From the IMG/VR virus record IMGVR_UViG_3300037119_004150, positions 1 to 60,457 of that record: a stretch of 60,457 bases of DNA. One strand, given 5' to 3'. This stretch comes from a virus. Lineage: Duplodnaviria; Caudoviricetes. Shown in pieces: positions 27,323-36,657 of the stretch. Position numbers and translations under genes: made by a program. Each line of letters opens with the position of its first letter. Position 1 is the first letter of the stretch. The notes under the pieces are model-generated. The model was not told where the DNA came from. It saw only the letters and a program-made list of their open reading frames with translations, and ran no database searches.

Positions 27323-29823
27323 TGATCGAGCGCAACCCTGAGTGCCGTAACTGTAGACTTTGGCAGGGCACACGAGAAGTATGTGAAATGGGCTTCGGGG
27401 CTATACCCGCCGATATCATGGTAGTATCTCGAATGCCCAACTCCGGTATTTACCAGGAGATGATCGAGAAAAGCTTGGTTGAGGTTGGAATTGACCTTAA
27501 GACAGTTTACTTTACTTCAGCGGTTAAGTGCCGAAACTTTGATTTCGACGTCCGTCGAGCTGAGTTGAAAGGGTGTAAGCCTTATCTCGAGGCCGAGATT
27601 GCCGAAGTTAAACCTAACTGGATTCTTGTCTTTGGGAATGAGCCCCTTCAGCAACTGACTGGGAACTCAGGAATCACCAAGTATCGAGGCCGCACTTACA
27701 ATCTTGGTGATTCGAAGTTGATTGCTACCGTATCTCCAGCCTCAGTGAGACGTAACCCAGGACAAATGGCTGGGTGGCAAGCTGACCTGATGTACTTTGT
27801 CAGCCAACGTAATGGTGTGGGGGATGCCATCAAGATTCCTCCTTTCCATGTAGCTAGAGACAAAGACAAACTTAGAAAACTGAAGAAAGCCCTTGAGACA
27901 GCTGACTTAGTTAGTTTCGATATTGAGACTACCGGGCTGGATGAGTGGGGTAAAGATAGTGCTATCGTTAGTTCGGCTTTTACATTACGACATGGTGATG
28001 ATGTCAGTATTTGGTTATTACCTCTGTACCATCCGGAGTCTCCGTTCAGAACTGGGTGGAAAAAGGTACTAAGTTATTTGGCTCCTGCCCTCGAGCAGGT
28101 TCCTAAGCGAGTAGCTCACAATGGAAAGTTTGATTCTAGGTGGCTTCGAGAGTTTGGAGTCAACATGGATATGACTTTCGATACTATCTATGCTGCTTCT
28201 GTTCTTGATGAGAATAGAACCAAGGGTCTGAAGCCACTATGTCGTATGCTTCTCGGAGTTCCTCCCTGGGATATATCTACTAAGGATTTGCTTAATGAAC
28301 CTCTCAACAAGGTTCTAAAATACAATGGTCTTGATACCTTCTACTGTTATCATCTTTATGAGATTCTTAAGACTGAGTTAATTGAACAACCTAGATCGTT
28401 GAGAATCTTTCAGAAGTTAATGATGCCAGCAGCCAATGAGTTGATCGAGATTGAACGTCGTGGGGTATGGTGTGACCCGATTAAGCTTGCTTCAGCAATC
28501 CAGATAGCCCATGAGATGAGGGATCACATCGACAAAGAGTTGATGGAGATGATACCCAATCCAGATGATGTGGATTGGCCAACAAACTCTAAGGGTAAGC
28601 CAGTTGATGTTAACTTTAATCCTAGTAACTTTGCTCGATGGTGGTTATTTACTCATCTTGGTTTGCCTATCATCTCGAGGGGTAAGGAAAAAGCTGACGG
28701 TAGTTTAGGTGACCCCTCCATGGCTGAGGATGTTATGATCGAACTTCGAAGTGTTGATCACCCAGTCATTCCTTTATTGATGGAACGATCAAAGTGGCAG
28801 AAGTATTGTTCAACTTATGTTAATCGTTACCAGGAGGTATCGGGTGAAGACAACCGAGTTCACACTACGTTCAAACTTCACGGCACTGTTACAGGTAGAC
28901 TCAGTAGTGGTAAAGAGGATGAAGAGAAAATTACTTCGAGACGAGATCGAGGTAGTGGCGTTAATATCCAACAAGTCCCTCGAGACCCTTTTATCAGAGG
29001 TTTGTTTGGAGCTCCACCAGGATATTCCTTCGTCGAAGCTGACTTCGGCCAAGTGGAATTTAGACTTGCAGCGTTTATCTCCCGGGACCGCACTGCAATT
29101 TCATTTCTACAGCGAAACATAGATGTTCACCGAGAGATGGCTGCTCGAATGACGAGCAAACCTAGTGGGCAAGTTTCAAAGGATGAACGAAAGGCTGCTA
29201 AGCCAGTTAACTTTGGTTTCCTATACGGGATGGGATGGCGAAAGTTTATCCACACCGCCAAAGTAAAGTATGGGATTGACTTCTCTGAGAATGAAGCGAA
29301 GGATGCTCGGAAAACATTCTTCGACATGTATCCTGGTTTCTTGAAGTGGCATGCTAGACAACGAAGATTAGTTCATCATTTTGGTCGAGTCGAGTCACCT
29401 TTGGGTCGCATTAGGCACCTCCCAGATATCTTTAGCGGTGATGAGAATGTCGTTGCTGAAGCTGAACGCCAGGCAATTAACTCACCAGTTCAGTCTATGG
29501 CTTCAGACATGAACCTGCTTGCTCTGATTATTCTAACTAAGAAATTTAAGGGGATGGGACTTAGAGCTTATGTCTTGGGGGCAATCCATGATGCCATCAA
29601 CTTCGAGATTCACAACGATGATCTGGCAGTAGCTCTACCGATAATCAAAACTACGATGGAAAACCTCCCGCTTCGTAGAATGTTCGGGGTAAACATCGAC
29701 GTACCTATCATCTCTGACTTGAAAGTAGGTTCTCACTGGGGTCATGCACATGAGTTGAGCGATAAGGATGTTTATAGTTTTGCCGATATACAAGAAAGGT
29801 TCTTGATCAGAGATGGGTCGTAG
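27319..29823 (+). CDS. Family A DNA polymerase with N-terminal UDG family-4-like domain and 3'-5' exonuclease
   Basis: CRNC/VKC/KGC cysteines; DIET, HNGKFD, YNGLD exo motifs; TGRLSS, DFGQVE, KPVNFGFLYG, IHDA. Confidence 0.93.
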   Translation: MMIERNPECRNCRLWQGTREVCEMGFGAIPADIMVVSRMPNSGIYQEMIEKSLVEVGIDLKTVYFTSAVKCRNFDFDVRRAELKGCKPYLEAEIAEVKPNWILVFGNEPLQQLTGNSGITKYRGRTYNLGDSKLIATVSPASVRRNPGQMAGWQADLMYFVSQRNGVGDAIKIPPFHVARDKDKLRKLKKALETADLVSFDIETTGLDEWGKDSAIVSSAFTLRHGDDVSIWLLPLYHPESPFRTGWKKVLSYLAPALEQVPKRVAHNGKFDSRWLREFGVNMDMTFDTIYAASVLDENRTKGLKPLCRMLLGVPPWDISTKDLLNEPLNKVLKYNGLDTFYCYHLYEILKTELIEQPRSLRIFQKLMMPAANELIEIERRGVWCDPIKLASAIQIAHEMRDHIDKELMEMIPNPDDVDWPTNSKGKPVDVNFNPSNFARWWLFTHLGLPIISRGKEKADGSLGDPSMAEDVMIELRSVDHPVIPLLMERSKWQKYCSTYVNRYQEVSGEDNRVHTTFKLHGTVTGRLSSGKEDEEKITSRRDRGSGVNIQQVPRDPFIRGLFGAPPGYSFVEADFGQVEFRLAAFISRDRTAISFLQRNIDVHREMAARMTSKPSGQVSKDERKAAKPVNFGFLYGMGWRKFIHTAKVKYGIDFSENEAKDARKTFFDMYPGFLKWHARQRRLVHHFGRVESPLGRIRHLPDIFSGDENVVAEAERQAINSPVQSMASDMNLLALIILTKKFKGMGLRAYVLGAIHDAINFEIHNDDLAVALPIIKTTMENLPLRRMFGVNIDVPIISDLKVGSHWGHAHELSDKDVYSFADIQERFLIRDGS

Positions 29824-30124
29824 AGACAAGACAAAGCCATTAGTTTTTGATCTAGCTAGGATGAGGGCCGATGTTCATGTATATCGTATGAGACATAAGT
29901 TATCTTTCCAAGAATTTCTTGACCTTGCGGATATTCCCGTCTGTAGTCATGCTCGACAACAACTGATGTATGATATTCTCCCCTCGCTGGAGACTGTAGT
30001 CAAATGGGCTAAAGTATGTGACCTAAGTTTAGATAGTTATATCCTTCCCTTTGCTTATGAGTATCACTATAGCCCTAAGGCTGAAGAACAAGAAGAGGAC
30101 GAGGATGAAGAACGGGGTATTTGA
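29813..30124 (+). CDS. Putative XRE-like HTH protein
   Basis: LSFQEF...PSLETVVKWAKVCDLSLDSY pattern. Confidence 0.55.
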   Translation: MGRRDKTKPLVFDLARMRADVHVYRMRHKLSFQEFLDLADIPVCSHARQQLMYDILPSLETVVKWAKVCDLSLDSYILPFAYEYHYSPKAEEQEEDEDEERGI

Positions 30125-30171
30125 TCGGTGACCTCCCATGCGATATAATGATGCTATAGAAAGGGGCGATT

Positions 30172-31245
30172 TTGGAAGTCGGTCTTCAATCTAATCTCTA
30201 TAGTCAGATCTATCATGATCCGGCAACGGGGCAACCAATTACTACCCACTCGATGCTGAAGACGATGAGGCACTGTCCTCGTCAAGCTTACTACAAATAC
30301 GTTCGTCGACTTAAGCCCCAGATTCTGGGGCGGCCATTGCGTTTCGGGACATGGATGCATCATCTTCTCGAGGCTCTTTACAAGAGCGAAGATTGGGAAG
30401 CTAAGCATGCCGAGTTAACTATCGAGTTTAGTAAGCTGTTCGATGAGGAGAAGGACCGCATCGGCGATCTTCCTCGAGATTGCAAACGGACAATGAAGGC
30501 ATATCTTTGGCACTACAAGGAAGATCCTTGGAAGGTCCATGATGTTGAGTTTGTTTTGGAAGTTACATTGCCTGATGGGGCTACCTACCGATGCAAACTT
30601 GACATGCTCGTTGAGAATCAGTATGGTCTCTGGATTGTCGATCACAAGAACCATAAAACCCTACCAAAGCTTGACTTCAGAATGCTCGATGCTCAATCCG
30701 CTCTCTATATCTGGGCAGCACTAAAGAATAAGATTCCTGTCCAAGGTCATATTTGGAATTATCTTCGATCGAAAGCCCCGGCGGTACCCCAGTTACTCAA
30801 GGATGGTAGTAGACTAAGTAAGACCGTAGTCGATACTGATTTTCTTACCTATGGTTCTGCAATTAAACGCTATGGTCTTGATCCCCGAGACTACATGGAA
30901 CGACTGCAGTATTATAAGCGACAACGATATACTCCCGGGGAGATGCAGACTTCTACCTTCTTTCGAAGAGACACTCTCGAGAAGTCTCCAGCAATGCTTA
31001 AGCGAGTGGCGACTGAGGCATATCAAACTCATCTTAGAATGCATAGTTATCACTGGGACCATGTCGATGCTATCGAACGTCATCCCAGCAATGCCTGTCT
31101 TTTTCAGTGCAGTTACTTAGACATTTGCACTGCAGATCTTTTCTCTGGTAACTCTGAGTTGCTTGTTCGCCAGCGATACAAGGTTGGTGATCCGATGGAT
31201 TACTACAATGACGAACGACCAGGTCAGGAGGAGAAGGGTGATTAA
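30172..31245 (+). CDS. PD-(D/E)xK RecB/Cas4-like exonuclease
   Basis: CPRQ, FGTWMH, KLDML, IVDHK, QSALY, C-terminal CLFQCSYLDIC. Confidence 0.88.
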   Translation: MEVGLQSNLYSQIYHDPATGQPITTHSMLKTMRHCPRQAYYKYVRRLKPQILGRPLRFGTWMHHLLEALYKSEDWEAKHAELTIEFSKLFDEEKDRIGDLPRDCKRTMKAYLWHYKEDPWKVHDVEFVLEVTLPDGATYRCKLDMLVENQYGLWIVDHKNHKTLPKLDFRMLDAQSALYIWAALKNKIPVQGHIWNYLRSKAPAVPQLLKDGSRLSKTVVDTDFLTYGSAIKRYGLDPRDYMERLQYYKRQRYTPGEMQTSTFFRRDTLEKSPAMLKRVATEAYQTHLRMHSYHWDHVDAIERHPSNACLFQCSYLDICTADLFSGNSELLVRQRYKVGDPMDYYNDERPGQEEKGD

Positions 31246-31325
31246 GTGGCTTAGAAGACTTTGGAAAAAGGAAGAATTTCCTGAGTTACCAGACGAGTTC
31301 GAACTCATTATCAAGGAGAGAATGG

Positions 31326-31484
31326 ATGAGGGGAAGCAAGGCCAAGTCTCTACGACGCGAGCGACCGGATCGACCCAATCCCGGGCGCAAGTTCGGAGGC
31401 AACCTAAAGGAACAGGTCGATAGACAGGCTGGATTGAAGAGTCGCATTCGCAAGGCTATCGAGAAGCAAAAGCAAGATGGCTGA
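31326..31484 (+). CDS. Small basic hypothetical protein (52 aa, MRGSKAKSLRRE...)
   Basis: AAGGAG RBS upstream; stop overlaps next start. Confidence 0.5.
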   Translation: MRGSKAKSLRRERPDRPNPGRKFGGNLKEQVDRQAGLKSRIRKAIEKQKQDG

Positions 31485-32292
31485 TAAGGATTACTTATCA
31501 ATTGCTAAGACCAGGGTTCATCGACCCTCTCAGTTGGATACTTATCGCTCAGTCTTTTGCTACGGTAGAAATAAGAAGGGAAAAACTTGGTTTGGTTTGA
31601 GCGCCGGTCGTGATAATACTATGGTATTAGACCCTGAGAATGGGACCGATGCCATGCGTCAAACTGACCCCTTCGTGTGGCCTATTACTAAGTGGGAGGA
31701 TTTACAGGAAGCCTATGGCGCACTTAGAACTGGAAAATTAACTCCTAACTTCTTTCAACAAGGTGAATCTTCCACCCCCTTTCCTTGGCTTTCCGTCGAT
31801 GGACTTACGCGCATGAACAATATGGCGCTGAAGTATGTGATGAAAGTTCAAGAAGAAAGAGATTTAGATCGCCAACCTGGATTCGTTCAACAACGAGACT
31901 ATGGTAAGTCGGGGGAGTTAATGAAGCAGATGCTTGCTAACTTCCACACCTTGAAGATGAATGTGGTCTACTCCGCCCAGGAGAGAATGAAGGCTAACAA
32001 GGCCTTCGGTGATAGTGAGGATGAAGATGAGACTGAGGTTGATTATCTCATGGTCCCTGATCTTCCTGACTCAGTTAGGTCAGCAGTAAACGCTATTGTG
32101 GAGGTGATTGGGAGAATCTATACCACTAGGGTCACACTCAAAGACGGAAGTGAGAAGCTTCAACGACGTCTTTGGATTGGAGTCCATGAACGATATGATA
32201 CTGGGTACCGCAGTGATTTCACACTGCCTGACATCATCAAGAATCCAACATTACCCAAGCTGGTACATGCCATGCTTGAAGGAGGACAATAA
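31477..32292 (+). CDS. Sak4-like AAA recombinase/ATPase
   Basis: YGRNKKGKT Walker A, LDPENG, VDGLT, QRDYG, AQE motifs; between nuclease and SSB. Confidence 0.8.
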   Translation: MADKDYLSIAKTRVHRPSQLDTYRSVFCYGRNKKGKTWFGLSAGRDNTMVLDPENGTDAMRQTDPFVWPITKWEDLQEAYGALRTGKLTPNFFQQGESSTPFPWLSVDGLTRMNNMALKYVMKVQEERDLDRQPGFVQQRDYGKSGELMKQMLANFHTLKMNVVYSAQERMKANKAFGDSEDEDETEVDYLMVPDLPDSVRSAVNAIVEVIGRIYTTRVTLKDGSEKLQRRLWIGVHERYDTGYRSDFTLPDIIKNPTLPKLVHAMLEGGQ

Positions 32293-32903
32293 TGCCTAAG
32301 GAATTCACTTCCGCTTCTGCTTCCCCCATCGACTTCTCCAATGTCAGTGACAGTGGGGCTACTTTCAATACGAAGCGACAGCCCGCTGGTGACTACGAGG
32401 CGACAGTCATCAATGTTTATGATGCTCCCTCGAAGAAGGATGGGGAGCCCCAGTGGCTGTTCGTTATTCAAGTCGGTAGTGGTAGTTATCCCTACTACTG
32501 CAAGTTGGTGGAGAATCAGCTTTGGAAGCTGCGTAACTTGCTGATTGCCGGGGGGCTGAATGTCCCCAAGAAGCGGATCAAGGTTGATCCCACCAAGATG
32601 ATGGGGCGCAAGATTGCAGTTACTCTCGATGACGAGGAGTACGAGGGCAAGGATAAGTCGGTTGTTACCGCAACCTTCCCCTTGGCCGAACTCAACCCCG
32701 ATGCTAGTCGGGATACCGAAGATGAAGAGGATGAGGACGAAGAGGAAACTCCTGCCCCCGCCCCTCGGAAGAAGGCTGCTCCGGTTGTTGAGGACGAAGA
32801 GGATGAGGAAGAAGAGGAGGAGGCTCCTGCTCCGAAGAAGAAGGCTGCCGCAGTGGTCGCCGATGATGACGATGAGCTTGAGGAACTCGACATCGACATC
32901 TAA
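32292..32903 (+). CDS. Single-stranded DNA-binding protein (DUF669-like) with acidic tail
   Basis: PAGDYEATV, LWKLRNLL, EYEGK motifs and long D/E tail. Confidence 0.75.
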   Translation: MPKEFTSASASPIDFSNVSDSGATFNTKRQPAGDYEATVINVYDAPSKKDGEPQWLFVIQVGSGSYPYYCKLVENQLWKLRNLLIAGGLNVPKKRIKVDPTKMMGRKIAVTLDDEEYEGKDKSVVTATFPLAELNPDASRDTEDEEDEDEEETPAPAPRKKAAPVVEDEEDEEEEEEAPAPKKKAAAVVADDDDELEELDIDI

Positions 32904-32914
32904 CCCATGAATCT

Positions 32915-32968
32915 GAGGGCCTGGTCTAGGTATTGTTCGCCCCTTTCCCTGGACCAGGCCTTCCTTTA
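32915..32968 (+). terminator. Intrinsic terminator
   Basis: GGGCCTGGTCTAGG...CCTGGACCAGGCCT followed by TCCTTT. Confidence 0.6.
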
Positions 32969-32983
32969 TGTTAGGACCAGACG

Positions 32984-33277
32984 ATGACCGCTCAACGAGA
33001 ATCAAAACTAAGCCGCTTCATTCAAACTACCCTCAGAGCTAACGGCGCATTCTGTTTCAAGGTGTGGGGTAGTGAGCATATGATGGCTGGACTACCAGAT
33101 ATCATAGGATGTTACAAGGGTAAGTTCTTTGGTTTTGAAGTTAAATTGCCCGAGAAGCGAGAGCATGTTTCTATGAGACAGCTCTATGTTATGGAAAAGA
33201 TTAAGGAGGCCGGTGGAATTAGTGCAGTTATTTGTACCCCAGCTGAAGCCCTGGATCATTTGAAGTTGATTCAATGA
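32984..33277 (+). CDS. VRR-NUC domain nuclease (putative resolvase)
   Basis: GLPDIIG...FEVK...Q motif. Confidence 0.88.
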   Translation: MTAQRESKLSRFIQTTLRANGAFCFKVWGSEHMMAGLPDIIGCYKGKFFGFEVKLPEKREHVSMRQLYVMEKIKEAGGISAVICTPAEALDHLKLIQ

Positions 33278-33366
33278 TGAATCACGCATCAAGCATACTT
33301 CTCGCATCTCTGGGATTATTTGGGAATACTCTCGATCGAACTCAAAGCAAATGAAAGGCGCATGAC

Positions 33367-33573
33367 ATGAATGGTTTTATCTACAAGGCTGATGATGGTT
33401 TCCGCTGGCGGCTCAAGGCACGAAATGGTAGACTTATGGCTGAGTCAGGAGAAGCTTATGCTAGCAAGGGAAATGCTGAGCGAGGTATTCTTAGATTACT
33501 AGAATTGCTTGGTGCTAAGTGGATTCCCATCTGGTACATGAAGAGGGGAAAATGGGTTCAACTGGGGCAGTAA
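33367..33573 (+). CDS. DUF1508/YegP-like protein
   Basis: FRWRLKARNGRLMAESGEAYASKGNAERGI. Confidence 0.8.
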   Translation: MNGFIYKADDGFRWRLKARNGRLMAESGEAYASKGNAERGILRLLELLGAKWIPIWYMKRGKWVQLGQ

Positions 33574-33592
33574 ACATAGAGTCTGCCGAGTA

Positions 33593-33622
33593 TTGACACA
33601 GCGTTCTCCCCTTTGATATAAT
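33593..33622 (+). promoter_or_regulatory. Repeated phage promoter
   Basis: TTGACA-18-TATAAT with TTTGA before -10. Confidence 0.7.
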
Positions 33623-33666
33623 TATACTAATGATTGAGGGGGCAACTACCCCCAGAAAGGAAAACC

Positions 33667-33945
33667 ATGGATGAGATTCTTACAGTTTCTCAGTTAATTG
33701 AGCAGTTACAACAGTTTCCTGGCGATGCTTTAGTGATGACAGTAGTTGTAAAATATCCCGGGGAATTTACATTGAAGCCTGATATGGATGGTAATATGCG
33801 TTGGGATTCAGGCTCTGATGTTGAGGTACAACCGCTCGAGGAAGAGCCTATCATGTATGATGGGCAAGTATGGATCGTTACTGAGCTTGATGAATATAAC
33901 CCTGAGCGAGCGATGTTGAATGGGGCTGGATCCCATCTCGAGTGA
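33667..33945 (+). CDS. Hypothetical protein
   Basis: RBS AGAAAGG; LTVSQLIEQLQQFPGDALV N-terminus common in small phage proteins. Confidence 0.7.
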   Translation: MDEILTVSQLIEQLQQFPGDALVMTVVVKYPGEFTLKPDMDGNMRWDSGSDVEVQPLEEEPIMYDGQVWIVTELDEYNPERAMLNGAGSHLE

Positions 33946-34409
33946 GTCGACAATTAACACTACTAGAAATCTTACGTGAGGATAAATACTATCGTCAATG
34001 GTTTCAAAAGCCCCCCGTTCTTAAGGTCTTTGGTACCACACTGCCCTGGCGGCTTTATGTACAGAAAGAAGAGGGGGGCAGGTGGGCCAGGGCTGACTAC
34101 GATAGCTTTCCTAAGGCTTATAGTGCGCTTAGGCTAAGGCTAACAGAATACCACGATGCTGCTATCCATAGTAAACGTCAGGCATTTGCTCCACCAGTAC
34201 TTAAGATATCTGGTAAGAGGTATAGAATGCCTATGCCGGATGGACACTTGTGGTGCTCTTATTGCCGCCGACCAACTCTGTTCAAGTATTTCTCAAAACA
34301 TCCCGCACTAAGTTATACAAATCCGGAGGAGTTAAGATGTCTGATATGCGGAGCCCGGGAGGCGGGGATGAAGCGGTATCGGAGCCCCCTAAACTGGCCG
34401 TTAAAGTAG
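33942..34409 (+). CDS. Hypothetical protein with zinc-finger motifs
   Basis: WCSYCRRPT...H...RCLICG. Confidence 0.7.
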   Translation: MSRQLTLLEILREDKYYRQWFQKPPVLKVFGTTLPWRLYVQKEEGGRWARADYDSFPKAYSALRLRLTEYHDAAIHSKRQAFAPPVLKISGKRYRMPMPDGHLWCSYCRRPTLFKYFSKHPALSYTNPEELRCLICGAREAGMKRYRSPLNWPLK

Positions 34410-34746
34410 GTAGAATTTTTACAGTAGAAGAAAAGGATCTTGATCGTCTTCCTAACGGTAAGTACGATGTCGTGGGTCAAAGTACAATGTTTGTTGTAAC
34501 TGACGATGAGTTTGAGGTACTCAACGACTTACGTCTTCGACGAGTTGAGTGAGTCAAGTGGGATACGTATGTATAGGTCTAAGGTGGACTTTTGCTTTCA
34601 ACCAGCCCGATACGCGGAGACGATCTGGCAGACCGACGGCGACTATCTAGTGGCTCAAGCGACGACAGCAACATTGGAGACCCGGGACCGGGGTACCTGT
34701 ATGGAACCGTGACAGGACTGGTTTGTTGAGGTTCTCACCAAAATTG

Positions 34747-34775
34747 TTGACAATGGATATAGGGTTTGATATGAT
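34747..34775 (+). promoter_or_regulatory. Repeated phage promoter
   Basis: TTGACA-17-TATGAT with GGTTTGA. Confidence 0.75.
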
Positions 34776-34825
34776 ACACTCAATGATATCGCCCCCTATG
34801 ATGAGGGGGGAAAGGAAAAACTATC

Positions 34826-35254
34826 ATGACTGATTGGCTGCAAATCTGCGACGACATCGACGACGGTGCGCATGACGAGGGATTAGATCAGATTGCTAAG
34901 GCAATCACTTCCCGTCGTGAGGTAGTTGCTCGACGAAACGGTCGACGACTTCAAAGGGAACTTAAGGTTGGCCATCGAGTTCTCCTTACCAACGGCATTC
35001 AGCCTCGCTTCCACGAGGGAATGATCGGAACTGTCAAGGGGATTCAGGACGGGGCCGCACGAGTCACACTCGATGATTTGCCCTCGGGCCGAGGTCGTCC
35101 GCCTGCTGAGGGTCGTTCCAAGCGACTGCTCGTACCCTTCATCCATCTTCAGCTTCTTGACGAGGATGACATTCGATTGACGAAGCAGCCCGCCCAGGAT
35201 CCTTCTGAGGTGGGTGACGACAGCGACTACGAAGAGCTCGATGACGACGACTGA
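34826..35254 (+). CDS. Hypothetical protein (SH3/KOW-like core, acidic tail)
   Basis: RBS AAAGGA; LKVGHRV...GMIGTVKG motif. Confidence 0.7.
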   Translation: MTDWLQICDDIDDGAHDEGLDQIAKAITSRREVVARRNGRRLQRELKVGHRVLLTNGIQPRFHEGMIGTVKGIQDGAARVTLDDLPSGRGRPPAEGRSKRLLVPFIHLQLLDEDDIRLTKQPAQDPSEVGDDSDYEELDDDD

Positions 35255-35702
35255 CCCTATCATCCAAACCTTTTGGGAAGATGTCGAGCCAGGTACTAAG
35301 GTCCGATGGTCGACTCCTAATGCCACACATTATGGTGTGGTAATCAGTCGAGATGATCAATCGTTGATCTTAGATCTTTGGGATCAGGATAAGCCAAAAG
35401 TATTGCCCGATGGGCTCTGGTATTTTGCCCAGGGAAAGATCAACCCAAACGCAGAAGAACATTTGGTAATCTTGTCTGAATTCCCGAAAAATTTTGGCCA
35501 AGAATCGGGAAAGTTGAAACCACGTCATGACGAGGCTGAATGGATCACTGTCCAAGATGCTATTGCAGTAATCCCGATGGATCCTAAGCAACTTCGACGA
35601 CATCTTCGTAATGGGGTGTTTCAAGCGAAACGTAAAGAAGATCGTTGGTTTATAGACCGAGAATCGTTCATGTCAGTGTGTGCTAAACGTGGCTGGCTAT
35701 AG
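35214..35702 (+). CDS. Hypothetical protein with C-terminal excisionase-like HTH
   Basis: WITVQDA...LRRHLRNG...RWFIDRES. Confidence 0.65.
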   Translation: MTTATTKSSMTTTDPIIQTFWEDVEPGTKVRWSTPNATHYGVVISRDDQSLILDLWDQDKPKVLPDGLWYFAQGKINPNAEEHLVILSEFPKNFGQESGKLKPRHDEAEWITVQDAIAVIPMDPKQLRRHLRNGVFQAKRKEDRWFIDRESFMSVCAKRGWL

Positions 35703-36471
35703 GATTCAAAAACAGAAAGAAGGAACTCATGTATCTTACTGGCCTGACCCTAGAGGCCCAGGGTATGGTAGCTGCGAGCGAGGAACGATCGTTTCTCATA
35801 TTGGAGATACTGTGTCCGTATCCTGGTATTCAGGACAAAATGAGGGATTGGTTGAACGCTGGTCAGCCCAGGATTTGCGATATCGGTTGGATCGGGGACA
35901 AATTATTCTTAAGTCTCCGCCACGAAAACGACGATTTAGAATCCCTAAAGACGAATTGGCTTGTAAACAATGTGGGCGCTTACGCAAACTTGGTTGCAAC
36001 TGTATTCGGGTGGGAGCCCCAAAACCAGAAGAATGGGGTCACAGAGTTATAACAAAAGAGTTGACATCGGTAAAAGGGTTTGATACTATTGACTTAATTG
36101 ATAGGGGGCGGCATGATGACCGCCAGAACAGGGAAGAGGAACACATGGCTACTGATATTGACACCGAAGAAGAGACAGAAGAGATGCTGTCCGCAAAGCA
36201 GGCAGCCACCAAGTTGGGAACTGATGCTCGAACCCTCAGAAAGTTTCTTCGCAAGAAGAATGGCCTCGTGGGGCAGGGTCAGCGCTGGGTGATTGATCCG
36301 GCTGACATCTCAAGCCTAAAGAAGGAATTCGAGGCTTGGAACAAGGGTACGGGTGAAAAGGCCCCAAAGCCGGCCCCCACGAGTGACGAAGTGCTCGAGG
36401 AGATTGCTGAGGCTGAAGAAGAGAATGACTTGCTCGAGGATCTTGATGACCTCGATGAGCTCGAGGACTGA
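35680..36471 (+). CDS. Long ORF: zinc-motif N-terminal part in frame with HTH gene 36145-36471
   Basis: CKQC...CNC motif; internal promoter at 36061 and RBS before 36145. Confidence 0.5.
   Translation: MLNVAGYRIQKQKEGTHVSYWPDPRGPGYGSCERGTIVSHIGDTVSVSWYSGQNEGLVERWSAQDLRYRLDRGQIILKSPPRKRRFRIPKDELACKQCGRLRKLGCNCIRVGAPKPEEWGHRVITKELTSVKGFDTIDLIDRGRHDDRQNREEEHMATDIDTEEETEEMLSAKQAATKLGTDARTLRKFLRKKNGLVGQGQRWVIDPADISSLKKEFEAWNKGTGEKAPKPAPTSDEVLEEIAEAEEENDLLEDLDDLDELED
36061..36089 (+). promoter_or_regulatory. Repeated phage promoter (inside ORF 35680)
   Basis: AACAAAAGAG-TTGACA-17-TACTAT with GGTTTGA. Confidence 0.7.
36145..36471 (+). CDS. Acidic-tailed HTH DNA-binding protein
   Basis: SAKQAATKLGTDARTLRKFLR...GQGQRWVID; RBS GAGGA. 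Confidence 0.8.
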   Translation: MATDIDTEEETEEMLSAKQAATKLGTDARTLRKFLRKKNGLVGQGQRWVIDPADISSLKKEFEAWNKGTGEKAPKPAPTSDEVLEEIAEAEEENDLLEDLDDLDELED

Positions 36472-36568
36472 CGGGGCTCATCATCGCCAGAATGGCTACA
36501 TAGTGCGATCGCATTAGGGTCCATCACCTTCCCTAGGTCTGGTCGCTGGGTATAGCAACCCCGTCATA

Positions 36569-36607
36569 GAGGGGGTCAGGGGTACCATCCCCTGGCCCTC
36601 TCGCTTT
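36569..36607 (+). terminator. Intrinsic terminator
   Basis: GAGGGGGTCAGGGG-loop-CCCCTGGCCCTCTC then GCTTT. Confidence 0.7.
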
Positions 36608-36622
36608 GTAGTAACAAAAGAG

Positions 36623-36651
36623 TTGACATCGTATTAGAGGTTTGATATAAT
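36623..36651 (+). promoter_or_regulatory. Repeated leaderless promoter
   Basis: TTGACA-17-TATAAT-CTAAGT-ATG(36658). Confidence 0.85.
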
Positions 36652-36657
36652 CTAAGT

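Noticed and set aside
29813-30124. Lysogeny module (repressor/integrase)
   Set aside because: Only a lone HTH-like gene co-oriented with replication genes; no integrase or parAB recognised
30172-31245. Cas4-like gene as part of a CRISPR-Cas system
   Set aside because: Sits in a nuclease-Sak4-SSB recombination module; no other cas genes or array seen
444-33277. Stop-codon reassignment
   Set aside because: Core genes are full length under the standard code and end in TAA, TAG and TGA; no suppressor tRNA seen
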